A DNA stretch of 64,000 nt from an uncultured delta proteobacterium. Lineage in GTDB: Bacteria; Desulfobacterota; Zymogenia; Zymogenales; Zymogenaceae. Shown piece after piece: positions 56,644 through 64,000 of this stretch (the stretch's first letter is position 1; each line of letters begins with the position of its first letter). Where the stretch lies: assembly GCA_963735595.1 (NCBI GenBank), contig CAVTLK010000001.1, forward strand, positions 467,796-531,795, given 5' to 3'. Both the position numbers and the translations under genes were made by a program. The notes beneath the pieces are model-generated. The model was given only the letters and a program-made list of their open reading frames with translations, did not search any database and was not told the origin of the DNA.

Positions 56644-57013
56644 ATCTTCCCCCGGTATAATAGCTTTCGATTCTACCCGCGGATGTCAGACGCTACGATG
56701 GAGTTTTAAGTCACGATATTAACGCGTTATCCGTCTAATTGGTATTGAACAGATAGAAATAGTATGGTATAATTATTGCCGTACACGGTACGCCTCTGTA
56801 CGGTAACGGCGCGAAATTGGGTTGCCGGTATCAATTGCGTTTATTCGGATTGTCACTTTCTCATAACGCGTAACCATACCATACTGTAAATTGTTTTAAC
56901 AGTAAAAATTCTGTATTGCCGCACTAAATATTACAGCTTTTTTGATCAAAAACTTTTATTGTTACTTTAGACGATGTTCCATAATTTTTTATTCGCCAAC
57001 AAGGAGGATTACA

Positions 57014-57602
57014 ATGTCAATACGATCATGGAAAAAAGCGGCGCTGTCGGCGCGTTATTGTTTCCATTGCGCTGCTCTGGTCCGTCTCGGCCTTTTGCGC
57101 CGACGTTCTGACGAAGGACAGTGACTTTATGGATCCCGAAGCGGGCGTCTGGGGATTCATCCCCGACTATACCGATATGGTCGAGGGTGATCACGTCAAC
57201 TGGATATGGACAAAGCCGGGTGTCAGCCTCACCCAGTACAAGACCGTCGAGGTCCCCGAGTTTGAGAATCTCTGGAAGGAGACGGACGTAACGGCACAGG
57301 ATCTCCTTACCCGGAACATGAAGGACGGCCTTTCGCGCCGCCTCGGGCTCACGGTTGTCGATAAGAACGCCGACATCACCGTCAAGGGGGCGATGGTCGA
57401 CTATTTCCTGGGAAACACCGCCGCCAGGATATGGGTTGGATTCGGCGCCGGTGAGCCTCTCGTCGAGGTGGAGGTGTACGTCGTCGATAATAAGACAAAC
57501 GAGATCATCTCGAAGGTGAGGCATCAGGCCATCGACTCGACGATAGAAAGCGTTATTGCCGAGACCGTCTCAGATATTATCGGCGAGTGGGCGAAACGCT
57601 GA
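57014..57602 (+). CDS. Exported protein, DUF4410-like (indel(s) near the N-terminus)
   Basis: AAGGAGG RBS, signal-like N-terminus, GNTAARIWVGFGAG motif. Confidence 0.7.
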
Positions 57603-57656
57603 TAAAATAAATAGCTGTGAGGGCGGCGGCATTACGGCTCCGCCCGGGATTATACG

Positions 57657-57690
57657 GGAGTCCTCGTTTCGTTCGAGGACTCCTTTTTTT
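57657..57690 (+). terminator. Intrinsic terminator
   Basis: GGAGTCCTCG-TTTCGTT-CGAGGACTCC followed by T7. Confidence 0.85.
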
Positions 57691-57930
57691 GGGGGGGTCA
57701 TCTCGGGAAAGCCGCTCGGGGAGGGAATAGGCCCGACCATTGGTGTAACTATCTGTGATTCATCGGAAAACGGGGCTAAACGAGAGGTTGAAGCGGATCC
57801 TTCGCCTTTTTGTCGGACGGTCTAAAGGCCGGTCCCGACCCATTAGCGCCGGCTCGGTAATCCCGTTTAACAAAACGGGCGGGAGAAAATGACGGGACTT
57901 CACGGCCGCTTTCGACGGCCTCATAACATG

Positions 57931-59022
57931 CTATGACCGTACTCTCAGCAACAGATATCCGCCCGCGATCGCAAACAGGACGTTGGCCGTCCAGGCCGCA
58001 ACAATCGGCGGCAGGTTCCCCCCGTGTCCGAGAGCAACACAGATCGAGAAGATCACCCAGTAAAGGTAACCGACACCAACGCGAGATCACTACTCCCGTG
58101 CCCAGCCCACCCTTCCTTCCTACCATGAGTGCAAAGGGCGTCGCAATCAACGACATAATCAGACACGCAAGTGGGTACGACAGCTTTGCCTGCATGTCAA
58201 CCCGATACCGTGTCGTGTCATATCCCTTTTTCTCAAGGTTATCCGCGTACATCGACAGCTCTCGATACGACATCTTTGCGGCGTCTTTCTCGAAGGCGAT
58301 CTTGAAGTCATCCGGCGTCTCTTTTATCGATACGTAGCGTATCGGGTACTTCATGGTGGAAAATGAGCTCGTTCCCGTGAAATCATTTTCAATGACGTTG
58401 TAAAATATCCACCGTCCGTTTTTCCATACCGCCCGGTCGGCAATGATCCGCTTCTTTAGCTGAAATCCATCATCGAACATGTAGATCGTTATTCTTTCGA
58501 TGGTGCTATCCTGCGGAATAAACTGATCTATATTGTAGATCGTATTTTCGTCGCGCACCCATATCTTGTCCAGACGGTATTGCACCCCGGGACCGATCTT
58601 CTTCTTCTTGATCTTGACGTCTTTAATGTATTCGTTATAACTATTCGACTTGCGGCACGACGTACTCGTTTCCGAGATAGGACATGATACTCAATAACGC
58701 CGCCATTATCAGGACCGGCCTGATAATGAAGCCGTGGCTTATCCCGCCGGACATCATCGCGATAGTCTCCAGGTTTCTACCCATGAGACCCAGGGAAACG
58801 AAGGTGGCAAGCATTATGGCCATTGGAAGCGTCAGGAACAGGACGTAGGGCAATTTAGTCAGGAAGAAGACGATGACTAAGTTCAAAGGCACGGGATTTT
58901 CAATGATGTTTCCTATGTTATCGAATATATCTACGACTAAAAAGAGCATCACGAATGCCGCAATCGAGAGCAGCAGATACAGGAATAAATTGTTTTACGA
59001 TGTATTTCGTTAGTATTTTCAT
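57931..59022 (-). CDS. lptG: LPS export permease LptG (indels)
   Basis: MKILTKYI, LPMAIMLA...E.IAM..GGIS, A.RAVW..G.W, KLSYPLACL; paired with lptF. Confidence 0.88.
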
Positions 59023-60267
59023 CGGGACATGCGCTCCATAATCCTGCTAGTATACTCGGATACCGTGCTATAGATCGTAGTAATAAAAACCGGTTTTTCC
59101 TTCGCGGCCTTTAGGAAGAGGTATAATCCCGATCCACCAAGAACCACGTTTCCGAACCACAGCGAGAGACAGGGGAGGAATCGCGCCGTTCTTTCCGAGC
59201 ACCTCGCCCGCGGCCATGAAGATATAGTAGATAAATATAACCAGGATCACCAAGACGAAATTGCCCGACTTTCCCTTCGGGTTGATTTGAACGCTCAGCG
59301 GGATTCCGAGGATCATAAAGACGATACAGGCAAACGGTATCGCGAAGTATTCTTGATATCTCAACCTGTTTCTTCCGTATATTACGATTCGTACTGTACA
59401 ACCAGTATCCGGTTTTTTTCCGACGGGTGCTTTTTCGTATTCCTCCTCCAGGCCGACGAGGTTATCCCTCAACCCGTCGATGGAGGCCCTCAGTTCGTCG
59501 AGCGTCATCTCTTGATTTCTCTTGTTCTCTTCGTCTTCCTCCCTCCTCTCCGAATAGATTAAGGTTCATGTTGTATTTGTTAAAGACGATGATTTGATCT
59601 GAATCGGTGTATTTATTGGAAAGGAGGATAGACCCGTTACTCAGGCTGATCGTGAGGTACTGGCTCGTCTCGTCGGAGGTGAGATACCCCTCCTGCGCGA
59701 TGATGGTGATGGCCCGGTCTACATTGGTGTCATCAAAGACCAGGATCCCGTAGAGGTGATTTGATCGGATCGGTATGCGGTCGACGTATATGATCCTTCC
59801 CGCCAGATCGTTGAAGACCTTTTCCTCTATGCCGACGTTGATTTGTGTGCGCAGAACCGAAACGACAAATCTCCTGAGATGGAAGTTGCTGGTCGGCGTC
59901 ACGAAGATCGTCAGGTATGATGTTAAAACCCAGGCGAAGATCGAAAAGATAAGCACGGGACGCAAGAGCTGATAGAGACTTACGCCCGACGACTTGAGGG
60001 CGATAATCTCGTAATCGTGGACGCGCGGCCGAACGTAAGGATAACGGCCGAGCGCCAGCGACATCGGAATGGTAAAGACCAGGAAAAAGGGAAGCATTAA
60101 TCCGAAGAACTTAACAATAGTAAATACAGACATCCCCTTGTTGACGATCAGGTCGGCCAATTGGAAGGTACTTCCCCGTCAGCAGGATGAAGCTGAATAT
60201 GAATTATACCGACGATGAAATTCGTGATGAGCTCAAGGAGGAGATATTTGGAGATAGTTTTCTGCAT
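59019..60267 (-). CDS. lptF: LPS export permease LptF (indels)
   Basis: MQKTISKYLL.E, TIPMS, DYEIIALKSSGVS, FAIPFAC..F..LGIPL. Confidence 0.88.
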
Positions 60268-60373
60268 AGCGTTTCATTGTATCCGAATGTGGGATCAATG
60301 TAAATAGAATTCTCCCTGACCGAGTGCGATTGCTATGGCACTCTTCCTGACGTAAAGCGGTTTGGAAGCAAGA

Positions 60374-60402
60374 AGGATACACTCGGTCGAGAGGGTAGTC
60401 AA
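60374..60402 (-). promoter_or_regulatory. Putative sigma70 promoter of lptFG
   Basis: TTGACT-17 bp-TATCCT on the minus strand. Confidence 0.5.
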
Positions 60403-60593
60403 TAAGACCCCGAAAAAGGTTATGCCAATCGGCCCGCGGCAGCCATCCGGGCCGCACACATCTCTCATCGGTACCCGCTGTCTCGACGGATCGGCATATC
60501 GAAAGCCCCGACGAATGTGTCGGGTAATTACGGTCCGGGGCTGGAGGGGTAATATCGCCAGTCCCGCCGCCGGTCGTCACGCGTGCCCGTATC

Positions 60594-61004
60594 CTACTCG
60601 ATATGGACTTCCATCGCCCTGGGCGGACACGCCGAAACGCAGAGCTCACAGCCGCTGCACATATTCGGACGCAAAAGATAACTTCCATCGTTTCTCGATT
60701 TATTGACAGCGCCCCTGTCGGACAGATCGCCGTACAGGCTCCGCAGTGCGTACATTTCTCTTCGTCCCGTTCTGATGTCCTGCTCGATCGACTCAATCGT
60801 TACGCCGCACTCTTTCAGGTATTCGATACCGTCTCTGCAGTCGCCATCGGAACCCTCGATCTCCAGGACCATAAAGCTCTCGCGCTTTGGAAGCACATTG
60901 GCCTTGAGGATATTAAGGATCAGGTTGAAATCCTTGATCAGCCGATAGATAATCGGTTTATCCCAGATTTCCCGCGAAAAATGGAGCACAATCTTTCTTT
61001 TCAT
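60594..61004 (-). CDS. NIL-domain + 2x[4Fe-4S] ferredoxin protein (compensating indels)
   Basis: KPIIYRLIKDFNL.LNILKA (NIL); CTHCGACTAICP in an alternate frame and CSGCELCVSACP. Confidence 0.88.
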   Translation of the reverse strand: MKRKIVLHFSREIWDKPIIYRLIKDFNLILNILKANVLPKRESFMVLEIEGSDGDCRDGIEYLKECGVTIESIEQDIRTGRREMYALRSLYGDLSDRGAVNKSRNDGSYLLRPNMCSGCELCVSACPPRAMEVHIE

Positions 61005-61115
61005 CTGATTCCCGTACGAAGCTAAGTCTTTTATTATACTATAACAGGACAGCCACGGCAAGGGATTACGTTACACGAGATAATTGAAAAAAGGGTTTTC
61101 GACGCCCGACAAATG

Positions 61116-61124
61116 TGTTATAAT
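61116..61124 (+). promoter_or_regulatory. Extended -10 promoter
   Basis: TG-T-TATAAT, 30 bp before the ATG at 61155. Confidence 0.55.
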
Positions 61125-61154
61125 TCGCGCCATCCTATATAACTCGGTGGTAAG

Positions 61155-61607
61155 ATGAATCGGAGTATCGTATTCGTTTCTATCCTACTGGTCCTGGCTT
61201 TCGGCTGCATAAACGCCGCAGCCGCGGGCATCGTCCAGAAGATCGTTACTGTTTCCATCCCTAAGGATTATCGATCGGCGGAGGCCTATAAGGTCGAATT
61301 CGTGATCCCCGAGGGAGCAATGGCATTTAACTTCACGCTCTGGGGAGTTAACAGGAACTGGGGAATTGTTGACATCTCGGGCGGCGCGAATAAGGACGTC
61401 TATTCATCCGCCGGCGAGGGGGCGTATGGTGATGGACACGCCACCGATACGGAGTCTTCAGAGCGGGTTACCGATCCGCCGCCCGAAACGGGCACGGCCG
61501 ACCCCCTGTCCAGGCTTACACTTCTTCCGGGTACCTATATCGTCTGGATGGAGGGAAATCCCGGGGCCAGTATGACGCTCCAATATAACCTCAAGACGCC
61601 ACGCTGA
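61155..61607 (+). CDS. Hypothetical secreted protein
   Basis: Signal peptide MNRSIVFVSILLVLAFGCINAAAA; intact 150-aa beta-rich ORF. Confidence 0.75.
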   Translation: MNRSIVFVSILLVLAFGCINAAAAGIVQKIVTVSIPKDYRSAEAYKVEFVIPEGAMAFNFTLWGVNRNWGIVDISGGANKDVYSSAGEGAYGDGHATDTESSERVTDPPPETGTADPLSRLTLLPGTYIVWMEGNPGASMTLQYNLKTPR

Positions 61608-62126
61608 TCACTGATACTTCTTCATTGCCTCTACTACTTCGGGAAGGGTGAATCGTTCCTTGCCCGATAGGTAGCGGCGCGAAAGCTCGAAATAGACCAG
61701 CGCCGATTGCATGATGACGTTCCTATCCGCCTTCCCTTCCCGTATGACTGCGGGGACCCCCAGCACAAGGGAGCCGTCCGGTATCTGCATCCCCGGTGGC
61801 ACTACGCATCCCCCCGCGATGATACAGTTGTCGCCTACCCGTGCGTTATCCAGAACCGTGCTGTTCATACCGACGATGACGTTATTGCCGATCGTACAGC
61901 CGTGAAGCACCGCACAGTGTCCCACCGTCACGTAGTTGCCGACATTCGTCTTCAGGGCCGGCGTGGCATGAAGCACCGCGTTGTCCTGGATGCTCGAATA
62001 ATCGCCGACGGCTATTGCGTTGAAATCCCCCCGTATAACGGCCCCCGGCCAGATGCTTGAGTTGTCGCCGATAGTCACGTCGCCGATGATGACCGCTGTT
62101 TTGTGTATAAAGGTCGTATTATTCAT
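61608..62126 (-). CDS. Gamma-carbonic-anhydrase-family hexapeptide protein
   Basis: IGDVTIG, VIRGD, IQDNAVLH, TVGH.AVLHGC. Confidence 0.92.
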   Translation of the reverse strand: MNNTTFIHKTAVIIGDVTIGDNSSIWPGAVIRGDFNAIAVGDYSSIQDNAVLHATPALKTNVGNYVTVGHCAVLHGCTIGNNVIVGMNSTVLDNARVGDNCIIAGGCVVPPGMQIPDGSLVLGVPAVIREGKADRNVIMQSALVYFELSRRYLSGKERFTLPEVVEAMKKYQ

Positions 62127-63045
62127 TATCGTCTCGCCCAATACTGCCTCGAATATCATCAAGCACTGCGATTCCGTTTTCGTTCATGAAAGATTCTATC
62201 CCGTCGATCACACCGACCATCGCCGCCGGGTCAACGAAGTTTGCCGTGCCGACCTGGACGGCCCGTGCGCCGGCCATGAGAAACTCCACGGCGTCCTGCC
62301 CGGTCATGATCCCCCCAATTCCGATGACCGGAATTTCGAGGACCTGGGCCGCCTCCCAGACCAGGCGGAGCGCCACCGGCTTGATCGCCGGGCCCGAGAG
62401 CCCCGCCCTGCCCTTCTTGAAAAACGGCCTTCTGGCCTTCACGTCAATGGCCATTCCCATAAGCGTGTTGATGAGGGAGACGGCGTCTGCGCCGGCGTCC
62501 TGGGCCGCTTGGGCCACGGGCCTGATATCGGTGACGTTGGGGGTGAGTTTTGCGATGGTCGGCTTCATGGACGCGCCCTTGACCTCGCGCACGACGGTTT
62601 GTACCAACGCAGGATCAGTGCCGAAGGCCAGCCCCCCCTTGTCCACGTTGGGGCATGAGAGGTTCACCTCGAGAGCGGCCACACCCTCGACGCCGAGGAA
62701 GCATTCGGCGGTACGCGTATACTCCTCTATCGACTCGCCGTAGACATTGACGATGACCCGCGTATCATAGTTCCTCAGCTCGGGCAGGACTTCCCGGATG
62801 AAGCGGTGCGCTCCGATGTTCTGGACGCCGATGGAGTTGAGCAGCCCCGAGGCTGTTTCAAACAGACGCGGGGGGTCGTTTCCCTGCCTCGGCTCGATGG
62901 AGATCCCCTTGGTAACCACGGCCCCGATTCGATCGAGGTCGATATACTCGGCGATCTCGACGCCATACCCGACGGTGCCCGAGGCGCCCATGACCGGGTT
63001 CTTGAACGTCACGCCGAACATCTCCACCGAAAGGTCCGGTTTCAT
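62119..63045 (-). CDS. pyrD: Dihydroorotate dehydrogenase B, catalytic subunit
   Basis: NPVMGASGT, GNDPPR, NLSCPN, KLTPN, GLSGPAIKP. Confidence 0.96.
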   Translation of the reverse strand: MKPDLSVEMFGVTFKNPVMGASGTVGYGVEIAEYIDLDRIGAVVTKGISIEPRQGNDPPRLFETASGLLNSIGVQNIGAHRFIREVLPELRNYDTRVIVNVYGESIEEYTRTAECFLGVEGVAALEVNLSCPNVDKGGLAFGTDPALVQTVVREVKGASMKPTIAKLTPNVTDIRPVAQAAQDAGADAVSLINTLMGMAIDVKARRPFFKKGRAGLSGPAIKPVALRLVWEAAQVLEIPVIGIGGIMTGQDAVEFLMAGARAVQVGTANFVDPAAMVGVIDGIESFMNENGIAVLDDIRGSIGRDDNE

Positions 63046-63803
63046 AGGCTGTCCCAGTCGATATCGGTTACGTTAAACACCGGGCCGTCTTTGCAGACGT
63101 GGACGTACCGGCCGTCCGTATGGCGCACCGCGCAACCGAGGCAGACCCCGATCCCGCAGGCCATCCGCTCTTCAAACGAGACATAGGCCTCGAATCCGAC
63201 TTCGGCCGACAGACGCGCGATTTCGGCCAGCATTCCGTTCGGGCCGCAGGCATAGACGAGATCGCCCTTCCCGACGTGCGTGGCCAGCTCCGAGACCGCC
63301 GTCCCCCTTTCTCCGTGGCTCCCGTCTTCGGTCACCCAGACCGTTTCGATACCCAGTCCTCGCGTCTCATCGGAAATAAAGAGCACATCATTACGGGTCT
63401 TCCCGCCGATAACCAAGAGCGGCCGCGCATCCATCGATTCCGCGAGGGCTACCAGCGGAGGCGCCCCGATCCCGCCGGCTACCAGGATGACCCTCCGCTT
63501 TCCGTCCGGCCGCGGGAACGGTTTACCAAGCGGTCCGGTGACGTCAATGGTCAGACCCGCCTTCATCTCCGATAGCCTGCGGGTCCCCTTTCCCGTAATC
63601 CGGTAGATAATCCGGACTTGGCCGTCCTCGGGGTGGAGCCGGCAGATAGACAGCGGCCTTGCCAGTAGCGGGTCCGTCCCCCAGTCACCCCGAACCATGA
63701 GAAACTGCCCCGGTTCCCCCCCGAAGGCATCCCCCATCCCCGAGAGCGTCATTGAGAAATAGAGGGGAACAAGCTCCCTATTCTGCTTAATTGTCGCCTT
63801 CAT
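63042..63803 (-). CDS. pyrK: Dihydroorotate dehydrogenase electron-transfer subunit
   Basis: PGQF, RPLS, GPLG, AGGIG, ACGP, EERMACGIGVCLGC, VCKDGPVF. Confidence 0.94.
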   Translation of the reverse strand: MKATIKQNRELVPLYFSMTLSGMGDAFGGEPGQFLMVRGDWGTDPLLARPLSICRLHPEDGQVRIIYRITGKGTRRLSEMKAGLTIDVTGPLGKPFPRPDGKRRVILVAGGIGAPPLVALAESMDARPLLVIGGKTRNDVLFISDETRGLGIETVWVTEDGSHGERGTAVSELATHVGKGDLVYACGPNGMLAEIARLSAEVGFEAYVSFEERMACGIGVCLGCAVRHTDGRYVHVCKDGPVFNVTDIDWDSL

Positions 63804-64000
63804 AGACCGCCCGATAGATGCTCTCGGTGTTGAGTATCCGCTTGACGTACGCCCTCGTCTCGGAAAACGGGATAGCCTCGATAAACTCATCCATCTCCGT
63901 CTCCGGGTCCCGGTTCTTGATCCACTTGCGCGCGTTTCCCGGACCGGCATTATAGCCGCAGAGGGCATAGACCTTTTCCCCGTCGAAATCGGTCATGAGC
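63787..64000 (-). CDS. Lytic transglycosylase (Slt), C-terminal end only
   Basis: YNAGPG and EAIPFSETRAYVKRI motifs; runs off the window end. Confidence 0.88.
   Translation of the reverse strand, partial: LMTDFDGEKVYALCGYNAGPGNARKWIKNRDPETEMDEFIEAIPFSETRAYVKRILNTESIYRAVYEGDN

Noticed and set aside
56882-56904. LexA (SOS) box
   Set aside because: The CTGT...ACAG spacing is 11, not the 8 of the E. coli-type box; kept only as a generic palindrome.

Overview
A GC-rich bacterial chromosome segment, most consistent with a diderm anaerobe of the Desulfobacterota/'Deltaproteobacteria' type (DUF6178, the rpoN-PTS-metK-ahcY order, lptFG, a YdbH/YdbL-like pair); this taxonomy is inference. It is mostly housekeeping: a minus-strand block paaK-S58 peptidase-DUF1015-tRNA methylase-rpoN-hpf-ptsN-hprK-rapZ-EIIA/B/C/D-HPr-EI-metK-ahcY; a plus-strand block yqeY-mutS2-dnaG-rpoD-tRNA(CAU)-nif3-Zn ribbon-rnhA-rnpB; an accessory-looking stretch at 35-57 kb (GH57-like/FN3 protein, amidohydrolase, murT/gatD, Hsp20, penicillin acylase, TerC, P-type ATPase, Tat sulfatase, acyltransferases); then lptG/F, NIL-ferredoxin, gamma-CA, pyrD/pyrK and the end of slt. 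About 30 genes, including the essential rpoD, dnaG and lptFG, are broken by small indels. These are almost certainly long-read consensus errors, so split ORFs are reported as single genes with approximate ends. I found no mobile element, CRISPR array, prophage or defence system. No complete novel multi-gene system can be demonstrated from the sequence. The best leads are a ~1000-aa membrane-anchored GH57-like protein directly behind rnpB, a MurT/GatD pair in a diderm, a Gly-rich Cys-tail-anchored small protein, and a GGA-rich candidate sRNA.
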